Notes: generated by a model not told the origin, from the sequence alone. 64,000 bases of DNA from Opitutales bacterium (GCA_965197745.1 CBDANS010000005.1:128001-192000); one strand, 5' to 3'. Positions 22,099-32,143 are shown, counted from the stretch's first letter. Made by a program: numbers and translations.

Positions 22099-22641
22099 TT
22101 AGAAGGTTGGGACCCATGATTTGACGAATCGAGTCGAGCCGCTTTTCCAGGATGGAGACCCTGTTTCCGGACTTAAATATTGGTAATTCAAAGTAATTTC
22201 AAGGGCTCTAATCCCTATGGCGGGTTCGCAGTTGGTAACGGTAGGAGTAACTTTATACTGCATGACGATTTCTCTAAAGCCTCCGGCGCCATCATCTTTT
22301 AAGTCGATAGCAACCTGCTTGTCATTTTCCGCACCGATTACAAGCGGATCGTCTTCCTCGATATCCGGACCTGCAGCCAGGATGGAAACACTCTTACAAG
22401 GTAGTGGATCACCCGAAAGTATGCAGTCGGTGATGTCGCTATATTGCATGCTTTTTATCTGCTCCATGTATCCTTGAGAGACCGTAAGAGCGGTGTTTTC
22501 ATAAACATTAGATTCTGCCAGACGTCTGCTCAACAAAACCGAGGAAAGGATCGTTAACGAAAGCATGGTGAGCACGCTTAAGGCCAACATAACCTCGATC
22601 AGTGTTAATGCCTGTTTTTTGAGTGAATTTGTGATATTCAT
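22099..22641 (-). CDS. PilV-like prepilin (N-terminal methylation motif)
   Basis: MNITNSLKKQA/LTLIEVMLAL followed by a hydrophobic helix. Start moved to the ATG at 22641. Confidence 0.85.
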   Translation of the reverse strand: MNITNSLKKQALTLIEVMLALSVLTMLSLTILSSVLLSRRLAESNVYENTALTVSQGYMEQIKSMQYSDITDCILSGDPLPCKSVSILAAGPDIEEDDPLVIGAENDKQVAIDLKDDGAGGFREIVMQYKVTPTVTNCEPAIGIRALEITLNYQYLSPETGSPSWKSGSTRFVKSWVPTF

Positions 22642-22950
22642 TTTTATTGCCGTTAGATCTAAAAACACATTGTTTACCGTTCTCACCATCAACGTGAGCG
22701 GAACGATAATTAATCCCATAAGAATAATTATTTTTCTCTAAATCTCAATTGTAAAAACAAGGTGCTCTAATTTTTAAATATTTTTTACCTTAGAAACTTT
22801 TAGTATTATACCCTATTATAGGGTTAAGTCCTAATCGGTAAATTGTGCCATTATATTACAAATTTTTGACAGGATGCATTTGAACCAATCAATGTAAGCT
22901 TATAAAAGGGAGGAAAGCCTCTTTCGGATTTTACAGAATATTTAAATTAG

Positions 22951-23451
22951 CTATTCCAAATCCGGCACTTCTTTCGCGCGGTCCTTGTCTCGAATATCCG
23001 AAAAGCTAATCAATAAATACGCGAATATCCCGATACAGATACTGCTGTCGGCAAAGTTAAAAGCGGGCCATCGATAACCCGGAAGATGAAAATCGAGAAA
23101 GTCAACAACATGACCGTGCAGGACCCGGTCGAATAAATTACCGAGGATTCCTCCGCAAAGTAGCCCGAATGCTATCTGCATACTTAATCGCTGCAGCATT
23201 AATTCATGCCGGAAATAATAAATGGCGGCTAAAGCCAATAAGGCAAGTAAGGCCAACCAGACGCCATAGCCGCCAAACAGACCCCAGGCTGCTCCCGGAT
23301 TTCCTATATGGACAATGTAAAAAAATTCCGGTATAACTTCAAAGCCACCATTGGGCCAATAACTGCCAAGCGGCAGTTCGGGGTGATTTATGATCCATGC
23401 TTTGCTCAGTTGGTCTGATCCAAAAATCCCAAGCACAAGGGTAAAGAACAA
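22951..23451 (-). CDS. lspA: Lipoprotein signal peptidase II
   Basis: DQLSK, NPGAAWG, GILGNLFDR, VVDFL, WPAFNFADSSI. Start uncertain because the frame is open further upstream. Confidence 0.95.
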   Translation of the reverse strand: MFFTLVLGIFGSDQLSKAWIINHPELPLGSYWPNGGFEVIPEFFYIVHIGNPGAAWGLFGGYGVWLALLALLALAAIYYFRHELMLQRLSMQIAFGLLCGGILGNLFDRVLHGHVVDFLDFHLPGYRWPAFNFADSSICIGIFAYLLISFSDIRDKDRAKEVPDLE

Positions 23452-23497
23452 CCTGTAAGCGCTGGCCTTATCGAGCAGTGATCCGGGTCTCTCAAGT

Positions 23498-24598
23498 TTA
23501 ATCTTCAGTGTCTTCGTTTGTGAATTGAGCCGTATTCTCTACATTCGAATCTATGAACAGGCCACCCCTTTGGACACTCTTGTGATTGTTTTTCTCATAT
23601 TCTACCTGGCCCTGAACTGAGAAACGAGTGAAAGGAACGGCGGCTAAGCGTTCGCGTTTAATTTGCTGTCCGGTGATTTCACAGATACCATAGGTGCCGT
23701 TTAATATCCTCTCAATCGCTTCATTGATTTCGTAGAGCGCATCCTGCTCATTGGAGACCAGACTCAAAGCAAAATCACGGTCAAAATTATCGGTACCGGC
23801 ATCGGCCATGTGCTGACTATAGCTGGAAAGGTCACCGGTGTCATCTTTTGCTGAACGCTTGAGCGTATCCTGGGTATGAAGATCCAATCCTGACTGTACA
23901 TGCTCTCGAAGATCGAGGAGCATACTGTAGTATTTTTGAAACTTTTTTGGAACTTTCGCGGACGGCTCAAGATCCTCTGATTTCTTCTTGCCTTTTTGAG
24001 CAGGGTTGAATCCCAGGATATCGGTCAGGGAAGCAGCCCCCACCTTGCGGTTTTTTGTTTTCGCGCGTACTTTAACCGTCGTTTTTTTCTTTATTAAATC
24101 AATCCCCTTTTTGGGCTTTTTCCCTTTAGTTTTAGATTTAAGGTCCGTCTTGGGCTCGTCCTGACGGTATTTCAATACATCTCGTACTTCTTCTAAAGAA
24201 AAGACGATGGGTGTATGTTTCTTTGAAGGAAGCTTAAATATTGCCGGTGTGTGTTTTTGCTTACGAGCCAGTTTCTCCAGGGCTAAATTTTGTATAGCCT
24301 TGTTTTTAACAGTTCCTTTTTTTCTGGGTCTACCCCTTGCCTTAACCGGGGCCGTGGTCGAATCCACTTTTGTCTCGCTTTGCTTGACCTTTTTAAGGGG
24401 TTTATTTGTGGACGCCGCTTTTTTAGTTTTTTTGGCGGTTACAGAAGAGGCCTTTTTAGCACTCTTTTTTACCTTCACCTTTTTTTTGGAAGGACTTTTG
24501 GATGATTTTCTTTTCGCCGCAGCTGTTTTTTTTGTGCCAGCGCGTTTGGTGTTAGATTTCTTTTTATTAGGCTTACTTTTTTTCTTTGTTTTTTTCAT
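23498..24598 (-). CDS. DksA/TraR-family protein with a long Lys-rich N-terminal extension
   Basis: C-terminal HMADAGTD...INEAIERILNGTYGICEITGQQIKRERLAAVPF; located between ileS and lspA. Confidence 0.88.
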   Translation of the reverse strand: MKKTKKKSKPNKKKSNTKRAGTKKTAAAKRKSSKSPSKKKVKVKKSAKKASSVTAKKTKKAASTNKPLKKVKQSETKVDSTTAPVKARGRPRKKGTVKNKAIQNLALEKLARKQKHTPAIFKLPSKKHTPIVFSLEEVRDVLKYRQDEPKTDLKSKTKGKKPKKGIDLIKKKTTVKVRAKTKNRKVGAASLTDILGFNPAQKGKKKSEDLEPSAKVPKKFQKYYSMLLDLREHVQSGLDLHTQDTLKRSAKDDTGDLSSYSQHMADAGTDNFDRDFALSLVSNEQDALYEINEAIERILNGTYGICEITGQQIKRERLAAVPFTRFSVQGQVEYEKNNHKSVQRGGLFIDSNVENTAQFTNEDTED

Positions 24599-24610
24599 GA
24601 TGGGATCTGC

Positions 24611-27424
24611 CTATTTTATGATGTTGGTTGCTGTTTCCATGCAGCGAGGACAAATTTCTCCATGGGTTTCGGTTGTATTAAGTTCTTTTACCCAACGCCA
24701 GCACCGCGGGCATCGTGAGCCATCAGCATGACTGGCTGAGATCGTTAAAGAATCATCCTTTTTATCATCGGATTCCAAATAGACTTGGGACACGATAAAA
24801 AGTTCCGGTAGATGTTCAACATAACTTTGAAGAAGGTGGAAAGTTTCATTTTTAGAATCTCCTCTTATTATAACAGTAGCATCAAGAGATTGTCCGATCT
24901 CTTTATCCCTACGTAGTGATTCAAGTTTTTCATTTACGGTGTCACGCGTCTTCAATAGCTTATCTATGTCTTGACCTGCCTGTGCATGTTGCCATGTTTC
25001 GGGCGCTTCTGGCCAGGTCTCCAGGTGGATAGAACCCGAGGGGAAATCCTCATTGGATTGTGCGTAGGCGTGGGCTTCATCGGTAGTGAACACCAGAATT
25101 GGAGCTAATAATTTAGTAAGGGTATCAAAAATAAGATGGATCGCGGTTTGCGCTGATCGCCGCTCATGCGACACCGCATCCAATGTGTAGAGCCGGTCTT
25201 TCAAGATGTCATGATAGGTAGATGAAAGAGTGACCGAACAGAATTTATTGCAAAGCTGATAAACTTTGTGGAATTCATAAGCCTCGTAAGCCACCGTCAC
25301 GGGTTTGATTAATGCCGCCGTCTTATAAAGTGCCCATTGATCAAGAGGCAGTAGTTTTGTCAGCGGCACGGCATTCTCAGAAGGGTGGAAATCATAGAGG
25401 TTTGAAATCTGGAAGCGCAGGGTGTTGCGCATCAAGCGGTATGTTTCAGATACCCGTTTGAAACTTTCATCCGAGACCGTTATGTCATTGCGATAATCTT
25501 CACTGGCGATCCACAGTCTGAGATTGTCCGCGCCTATCTTATTAATAAGCTTTTGTGGAGATACTACATTGCCTTTGGATTTGCTCATGGCATTTCCCTC
25601 GCTATCGAGAATGAAACCATGAGTTAAGACTTCCTTAAAGGGGGCTCGGTCTCTGGCTCCAATTGAGGTGAGGAGGGCGGCTTGAAACCATCCACGGTGT
25701 TGATCACTCCCTTCGAGATAGAGATCTGCTGGCGAGGATAATCTATCATCCTGTTCGAGGCAAGCTACGTGGCTGGCCCCTGAGTCGAACCAGACATCAA
25801 GAATATCAAACTCTTTTTCAAAATCATCGGGACTGTCCTCTCCTGTAGGTTCATAGATAAAATCGTCGGGTAAAATCCGGTCAAGCGGTTCAGAAAACCA
25901 CATGTCAGTGCCATTTACCGAGACGTCCTTCATAAATTTATCAATGATTCGTAGATCAAGAATAGAATCGCCGCTTTTTTTAGAGCGAAGAGCAGGTATG
26001 GGGACGCCCCATGCGCGTTGGCGTGAAATGCACCAGTCCGGTCGGCATTCAACCATTGAGCGTATGCGATTTTGACCCCAGCTCGGGAACCACTTCACGG
26101 ATTTGTCTATGGCTTCCAGGCTCTTTTTTCTAACCTCTTTCCACTCCAGTTCCATGAACCATTGTTCAGTGGCTCGGAAAATGATCGGCTTTTTACTTCT
26201 CCAACTGTGGGGATAATCATGAGTTACTTTACCCGCAGCAATGAGGATCCCTTTCTCCTGCAATTTATTTATAATCGCGGGATTGGCTTCAAAGACGTTT
26301 TGGCCTTCCATCTCGGGATAGTCCCCGGTGAATTTTCCGCGTTCATCGACGGGAACAATGACCGGGAGGTCGTATTGCTTTCCGATTTCGAAATCATCAT
26401 GACCATGCCCGGGAGCGGTGTGCACACAACCTGTCCCCTGTTCAAGATTTACATGTTCGGCGAGCATAATCAGGCTTTCTCGATCCGGAAAGATTGGGTG
26501 ATCGCATATTCCCCGTTCCAATTCGCTGGCATGAAAAGTGGCAGCGACTTTTGCTTCTTCAATTTTGCAGTCCTTAAGAAATGATTCCATCAAACCTTTA
26601 GCAACGATGGAAACTTGCCCCGCGTGCTCGAGGGCAACATAATCCAATTTGGGGTGAAGGCATACCCCAAGATTTGCGGGCAAGGTCCAGGGGGTCGTTG
26701 TCCAGATTACAAGTGAGACATTCTCGAGGTTTTTGACCGAGGGAAAATTTTCACTATGGCGCAAGGGGAATCTTACATAAATCGAATCTGATTCTCGCGG
26801 GTGATATTCAATTTCTGCTTCAGCCAGAGCCGTTCTGAATACGGGGTCCCAATGAACACTTTTAAATCCCTTGCGCACGAGACCCTGGGTGACGAGATCA
26901 CGAAGGACACTTAATATACCGTACTCAAAGGCAGGGTCGAAGGTTGTGTAAGGGTTTTCCCATTCACCGAGAATACCCAGGCGAATGAATTGATCTCTCT
27001 GCACATTAATATAGTCAGCTGCATAGTCATGGCAGAGTTTTCGTATTTTCGTCGGTTCCATATCGTGAATTTTAGAGCCGATTTTTTTTAAAATTTGTTG
27101 CTCAATAGGCAGGCCGTGACAATCCCAACCGGGAACATAGGGAGTCCGAAAACCTCGCATGGACTTATAGCGAAGGATGATATCCTTGAGGATTTTATTG
27201 AGAGCATGTCCCATATGGATATCGCCGTTGGCGTAAGGCGGACCATCGTGAAGGATGAATGTTTCCCCGCCCGCATTCTTTTTTTGAATGGCTTGGTACA
27301 AGCCAGTCTTATCCCAATGAATAATCCTCTCTGGCTCGCGGGCGACAAGATTGGCCCGCATCGGAAAATTCGTTTTTGGGAGATTGAGCGTATCTTTGTA
27401 ATCGTCAGCCATATGCGATAGCAT
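24611..27424 (-). CDS. ileS: Isoleucine--tRNA ligase (type 1, C-terminal zinc motif)
   Basis: HDGPPYANGDIHMGH, GWDCHGLP, WTTTPWTLP, GSDQHRGWF, AMSKS, RCPRCW...CPRC. True start may be the second Met. Confidence 0.97.
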   Translation of the reverse strand: MLSHMADDYKDTLNLPKTNFPMRANLVAREPERIIHWDKTGLYQAIQKKNAGGETFILHDGPPYANGDIHMGHALNKILKDIILRYKSMRGFRTPYVPGWDCHGLPIEQQILKKIGSKIHDMEPTKIRKLCHDYAADYINVQRDQFIRLGILGEWENPYTTFDPAFEYGILSVLRDLVTQGLVRKGFKSVHWDPVFRTALAEAEIEYHPRESDSIYVRFPLRHSENFPSVKNLENVSLVIWTTTPWTLPANLGVCLHPKLDYVALEHAGQVSIVAKGLMESFLKDCKIEEAKVAATFHASELERGICDHPIFPDRESLIMLAEHVNLEQGTGCVHTAPGHGHDDFEIGKQYDLPVIVPVDERGKFTGDYPEMEGQNVFEANPAIINKLQEKGILIAAGKVTHDYPHSWRSKKPIIFRATEQWFMELEWKEVRKKSLEAIDKSVKWFPSWGQNRIRSMVECRPDWCISRQRAWGVPIPALRSKKSGDSILDLRIIDKFMKDVSVNGTDMWFSEPLDRILPDDFIYEPTGEDSPDDFEKEFDILDVWFDSGASHVACLEQDDRLSSPADLYLEGSDQHRGWFQAALLTSIGARDRAPFKEVLTHGFILDSEGNAMSKSKGNVVSPQKLINKIGADNLRLWIASEDYRNDITVSDESFKRVSETYRLMRNTLRFQISNLYDFHPSENAVPLTKLLPLDQWALYKTAALIKPVTVAYEAYEFHKVYQLCNKFCSVTLSSTYHDILKDRLYTLDAVSHERRSAQTAIHLIFDTLTKLLAPILVFTTDEAHAYAQSNEDFPSGSIHLETWPEAPETWQHAQAGQDIDKLLKTRDTVNEKLESLRRDKEIGQSLDATVIIRGDSKNETFHLLQSYVEHLPELFIVSQVYLESDDKKDDSLTISASHADGSRCPRCWRWVKELNTTETHGEICPRCMETATNIIK

Positions 27425-27678
27425 CTCCCGGATTGATGAATAAAGCGGAAAAAGGTGGGTGAGTTATCGCGGCAAGTCAAGCTAAGATGGCGAGAATTTA
27501 ATAGATGGTGCAATTTAAAATACGATGAAAGGAGCGATACTATTGCTCTAAGGCTCTAAGGCTGAATTCCTGAGATTATATTCCAGATACAGTCAGATTT
27601 GTCCTCTCCGCCTTTTGAGGGAACGATTGGCATTCTCCATTGACACAATATAAGCCCGTATTGAACTTTTAAGAGAAG

Positions 27679-29043
27679 ATGGTTAAAACGAACCTCTTTT
27701 GGCTACAGGATAAACTGAGCCGTATACTGTTTATTATTATTTCAAGCAGCCTGACGGTAGTGAGTGCCGGCGCGACCGGGAGTGTAAGTTTTGAGAACTT
27801 ACTCAATTCCGTGGTCCGGATTGATGTGCGCGAAGCGACATTTTCCGCAGGAGCTAAGCGCAGTAGAAGGGGGGTCGGTTCGGGAGTCATTATGTCAAAA
27901 AAAGGGCATATATTAACTAATGCGCATGTGGTGAGTCCTAATGCCGAAGAAATCTCAGTTACCCTCACGAACCTCGAGCGGGTGAAGGCAAAGCTGATAG
28001 GGTGGGACCATTGGACTGATTTAGCCCTAATACAGCTCGACTTGGATGAGCTTCATAAGCGTAACCTGGATTTTTCCTTTGCCACTTTTGGAGATTCAGA
28101 CAAGCTCTATCCCGGTCAGACCGTTCACGCCGTAGGAACGCCAAATGGGCTCTCCAGGACCGTAACTCGCGGCATCATATCGAATACTAACCGGTATTTT
28201 GAGGGTGCGGATCTGATTCGTGGTCACGAGACGGGTTATTTTAATACATGGCTTCAAACGGACGCCGCGATTAACCCCGGCAACAGCGGGGGGCCGCTGG
28301 TCACCGAAAAGGGCAGGGTAATAGGCATCAATACGCGGAGTTACCTGGGGGCCAATAATCTTAGTTTCGCCGTTCCCGCTTCGATTGCAGAATTTGTTAT
28401 GGGTGGCTTGTTGGAGGATGGTGAAATTGTGCGGAGTTACATTGGGCTCGTGCCTGGACCGCTACAGGATCTGGAATCCTTTTATGATCTCGAAGTTAAC
28501 AGGGGGGTGCTTATAAACAGTATTGACCCGGGTTCGCCCGCAAGCGAGTCAGACCTTCGCCCCGGTGATATCGTACTCACTATTGACGGGGAAGAAGTTG
28601 ATGGTCGATTTCCAGAACAATTACCACCGATTGGCAATAAAATTGCCAGTTATCCGGTCGGTTCAATAATTCAGTTAGAAATAAAACGTCCTGCAGGAAT
28701 TTCTACGGTTGAAGTTAAGACCGAGACGCTGGAGAGCCGTGTTGGTGAATTGTGGGCTTTTGATAATTGGGGCATGAGCGTAGAAAAAGTAACTCGCGCT
28801 GTGGCTCGAGAAAAAAAACTTCCATCCGAAGACGGGGTGCGCGTAATTGGAATTCAACCTGCCTTTCCTGCTGAAAACACCGGCTTGCGTCGTGGCGATA
28901 TTATAACTACGGCAAACAGGCTTCCCATCGATTCCTTAAATAAGTTGAAAGCTATCTATAAAGAATTTGAGGATAATCCGGATAAAGTGCTTCTTGAGAT
29001 CTGGCGTTCCCGTAAAGTGCTGTATTTCGTTCTTAAACCGTAA
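27679..29043 (+). CDS. HtrA/DegP-like serine protease with two PDZ domains
   Basis: TNAHVV (His), DLAL (Asp), INPGNSGGPL (Ser), plus two PDZ-like segments. Confidence 0.92.
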   Translation: MVKTNLFWLQDKLSRILFIIISSSLTVVSAGATGSVSFENLLNSVVRIDVREATFSAGAKRSRRGVGSGVIMSKKGHILTNAHVVSPNAEEISVTLTNLERVKAKLIGWDHWTDLALIQLDLDELHKRNLDFSFATFGDSDKLYPGQTVHAVGTPNGLSRTVTRGIISNTNRYFEGADLIRGHETGYFNTWLQTDAAINPGNSGGPLVTEKGRVIGINTRSYLGANNLSFAVPASIAEFVMGGLLEDGEIVRSYIGLVPGPLQDLESFYDLEVNRGVLINSIDPGSPASESDLRPGDIVLTIDGEEVDGRFPEQLPPIGNKIASYPVGSIIQLEIKRPAGISTVEVKTETLESRVGELWAFDNWGMSVEKVTRAVAREKKLPSEDGVRVIGIQPAFPAENTGLRRGDIITTANRLPIDSLNKLKAIYKEFEDNPDKVLLEIWRSRKVLYFVLKP

Positions 29044-29161
29044 TAAAAATATGTTTAGGAAAATGATTCGGGTGCGTGGGCAGTATACCGTGATCGGTGG
29101 CGAACGACGATTAATCTTATTTTCTATTATGAATTTTAAATCTTTATAAGAGGACTGGAGT

Positions 29162-30565
29162 TTGAAACAATTTACTAAACTGGCTCCTGTTTTATTTTCC
29201 TTTTGCGTATGTGGGGTTATTAGCTTCTCAATGGGGAATCCCTTTCCTGACAATATTGACGAACTTTTTGAAGAGCGTGTTCATAGTATCGTAGCCGTTG
29301 AATATTTTATCCAACGGGAGATTGAGCGCCAGCCAACAAACAATGCGGGCCTGGTCCTGGATGAAGACGGAGTAATCGTTTTATTAGAAAGAGCGGTGCC
29401 CCTTTGGCTGCCCCCTGAACAATTTAAAGATTTCAAGATATACATTCCCGGCAGAGACGAAGATGGGTTTGATGCCGAGTATCTCGGCCATGACTATCTC
29501 AATGGCTGGCACTATCTTAGGGCAGCCGAGGAAGCCCGTCCCCACTTAACGCCTATTTCCCGCTTCGAGAGTACGATGCCTGGTATCGGTCATACCCTTT
29601 GGGGCATTGGGGTAATGGATAAAGAATTTAATTTTGAACCTTATTTACTCGATGGTCGGTTATCACAAATACAAAATTTACCGCTGGCCATGGGATTTTC
29701 TCAATCCCCTTTATCGGTTCCAGGAGGACCTGTCTTTGATGCGGGTGGTCGCTTTGTCGGATGGGCTAACAATTCCCTGGCTCATGAGCGTTATCTCTAT
29801 ATGCCGTCGGATCAATATTTAGTCAGGATGCGCAACGCTCGTGAGAGTGAAACTTTTCTCCTTGCCGATGATTTTTTTAAAAACGCTGGTCGTATCCCTT
29901 CTCGAAAAGTTGGCGATCCCCTGCCGTGGATTGGGGTGGCCGGAGTGCAAGCAGTCGATCGTGAAGTTGCACGGTTTATAGGTTTGGAAGATCAGGGCGC
30001 AGTGATTATCAGCACCGTCCTTGATAACAGTCCCGCGTCAGATGCGCGTCTTAAGGAAAAAGATATTGTCGTCGCCATAGATGGTAAGACCCTGCCTAAA
30101 TTTAAACCTAATATGGTTGTCAAAAGTTATTTCGAGCGTCAAATAATGCATCGAAAACCGGGCGAGGAAATAGCATTGACGGTGCTCCGCGGAGAGGAAC
30201 GAATAAGGCTCGAATTAACGGTAAGAGGTCATCCAAAACCCTATAATCAGGCCCAGCGAAAATATTATCCTGAACTCGGTTTTACGATTCGGGAATTTGT
30301 ATTAGGTGATGCTATCACGCGCCGGGTTCCCAGAAGCGATATGTCAGGTGTTATTGTCTCTTTTGTAAATCATAACAGTCCCGTTGTTTCCGCCGGGCTC
30401 CTGAAAAGGGACTGGATAAAAGAGATTGATGGAAACCATCTTTCCGATTACGCCACTGCTGAAAAGATGCTTGAAGCAATCGTATCTGAGAAGAACCGCC
30501 ATGATTATGTTCTCCTGATCAGTCGAGATAATGAAACCTCGGTCTTGCGTGTCGAGCTTAGGTAG
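29162..30565 (+). CDS. HtrA-like PDZ protein with a degenerate protease domain
   Basis: Signal peptide, LSVPGGPV in place of GNSGGP, PWIGV...SPA..ARLKEKDIVVAIDG PDZ and a second PDZ. Confidence 0.75.
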   Translation: MKQFTKLAPVLFSFCVCGVISFSMGNPFPDNIDELFEERVHSIVAVEYFIQREIERQPTNNAGLVLDEDGVIVLLERAVPLWLPPEQFKDFKIYIPGRDEDGFDAEYLGHDYLNGWHYLRAAEEARPHLTPISRFESTMPGIGHTLWGIGVMDKEFNFEPYLLDGRLSQIQNLPLAMGFSQSPLSVPGGPVFDAGGRFVGWANNSLAHERYLYMPSDQYLVRMRNARESETFLLADDFFKNAGRIPSRKVGDPLPWIGVAGVQAVDREVARFIGLEDQGAVIISTVLDNSPASDARLKEKDIVVAIDGKTLPKFKPNMVVKSYFERQIMHRKPGEEIALTVLRGEERIRLELTVRGHPKPYNQAQRKYYPELGFTIREFVLGDAITRRVPRSDMSGVIVSFVNHNSPVVSAGLLKRDWIKEIDGNHLSDYATAEKMLEAIVSEKNRHDYVLLISRDNETSVLRVELR

Positions 30566-30583
30566 TTTTAAGATGTTAGCTGT

Positions 30584-31240
30584 ATGTTTACCGGTATCGT
30601 TGAAGAGACAGGGCGTGTACTCCAGTTATATGAGAATACAGACTCTTGGATATTAAAAGTCGGCGCTGAAAAGATTCAATCGGGGATGGCTATCGGTGAC
30701 AGTGTAGCCGTTAATGGCTGCTGTTTAACGGTAACGGCATTCGACGCAAATTCTGTCACATTTGATTTACTTGCAGAAACGGTGTCATTGACCTCATTCG
30801 ATTTATTGAAAGAAATTCCATCACAAAATCAGGTTCAACGTTCTGGGAGTGATGTTATCTCGATCAGTGACTATAATTATGATCTCAGTGTAAACCTGGA
30901 ACAGAGTTTAAAATTTGGCGGCAGCATGGGGGGTCATTTTCTTACGGGACATATTGATACAACAGGCAAGGTTACTATTTTTGAACAACGCGGCAAAGAT
31001 CACTATTTGCGCGTAGAGCCACCCCGTAATTTTCTGCGTTATATAGTATATAAAGGCAGTATCGCTATTGACGGGGTCTCCCTTACGGTAGCAGAAATAG
31101 ATGAAACTGGATTTGCGGTCTGGTTAATTCCTCACACCCTGGAGGTCACTAATTTTAAAGAGCGTCAAAGTGGCGACACCGTAAATCTGGAGTTCGATTT
31201 ATTGGCAAAATATGTCGAGAAACTTTTAAATAAAGAGTAA
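30584..31240 (+). CDS. ribE: Riboflavin synthase (alpha chain)
   Basis: MFTGIVE, GDSVAVNGCCLT, GGHFLTGHID, KGSIAIDGVSLT, VNLEFDLLAKYV. Confidence 0.96.
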   Translation: MFTGIVEETGRVLQLYENTDSWILKVGAEKIQSGMAIGDSVAVNGCCLTVTAFDANSVTFDLLAETVSLTSFDLLKEIPSQNQVQRSGSDVISISDYNYDLSVNLEQSLKFGGSMGGHFLTGHIDTTGKVTIFEQRGKDHYLRVEPPRNFLRYIVYKGSIAIDGVSLTVAEIDETGFAVWLIPHTLEVTNFKERQSGDTVNLEFDLLAKYVEKLLNKE

Positions 31241-31300
31241 TCTGCTGGCCTATAAAATGATTGCTGAAATAAATCTGATAATGTTAAAAAGACATTGAGT

Positions 31301-32143
31301 ATGCGCGCGGAAATAGAAGCTATTGTAAGTGAGTTGAAACAGCTTAAAGCAGAGGGAAGGGAAACCGTTTATGTCGCCGATGATACGCTTCAAAGTCTGA
31401 AAAAGAAGGTCGAACACTATTCGGCCGTTCCAACGAAAGATCATTCGACAAGAATGGTTAAACCATCCGCTGATGAAAATGAAACGATACCCTCTCCTGA
31501 CAGTATAGAACTTCCTTCTGGCGATAAGCGCTCACGCTGGAACTGGTTGCGGGATCGTGTTCTCAATTGCCCGGTCTGTAACGAGCATGTAAAAGAGGGG
31601 AAATATGTTGTCTTCGGCGTCGGTAATATAGATGCCGATATTTTCTTTTGCGGGGAGGCTCCGGGCGCGGATGAGGAAATTCAGGGTGAGCCTTTTGTCG
31701 GACCAGCGGGCCAATTACTGACGAAAATTATTCAGGCCATGGGGCTGCAACGGAGTGATGTCTATATCGGTAACATTATGAATTGGCGTCCGGAAATGAA
31801 GGCTGAATATGGAAATCGACCTCCCACGCAGGATGAGATGCTTTTCTGCTTACCCTATCTATGCGCACAGCTGGAAATAGTAGAGCCAAAAGTGATAGTG
31901 GCACTGGGAAACACCGCGGTTAGCGGCCTTCTGGGCCCTGATCCTAAACGGAGATTAGGCAGTATACGCGGCAAATGGTTCGATTTTCAAAGTACTCCAT
32001 TACTCGTTACTTATCATCCCTCTTACATCCTCCGCAACGGTTCAAATTACACTAAGCGTATCATTTGGGAAGACATGATGTTGGTGATGGAAAAGGTGGG
32101 TCTGTCCATATCCGATAAGCAGCGTGAGTATTTCACGAGTTAA
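31301..32143 (+). CDS. Uracil-DNA glycosylase, family 4
   Basis: CPVC, VFGVG, GEAPG, PFVGPAGQLL, TYHPSY. Confidence 0.92.
   Translation: MRAEIEAIVSELKQLKAEGRETVYVADDTLQSLKKKVEHYSAVPTKDHSTRMVKPSADENETIPSPDSIELPSGDKRSRWNWLRDRVLNCPVCNEHVKEGKYVVFGVGNIDADIFFCGEAPGADEEIQGEPFVGPAGQLLTKIIQAMGLQRSDVYIGNIMNWRPEMKAEYGNRPPTQDEMLFCLPYLCAQLEIVEPKVIVALGNTAVSGLLGPDPKRRLGSIRGKWFDFQSTPLLVTYHPSYILRNGSNYTKRIIWEDMMLVMEKVGLSISDKQREYFTS

Noticed and set aside
22835..22855. Sigma-54 promoter for the pilin operon (TGGCAC on the minus strand)
   Set aside because: The -12 GC element is missing at the required spacing.
24207..24731. Hydrophobic 174-aa plus-strand ORF
   Set aside because: It is the antisense shadow of the Lys-rich DksA tail (AAA codons read as TTT).
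25600..27100. Possible mosaic origin of the central part of ileS
   Set aside because: An impression from motif variants only; there is no compositional break and it needs a phylogeny I cannot run.
27545..27565. Short 8-bp tandem gctctaag repeat
   Set aside because: Only about 2.5 units, too short to support a function.
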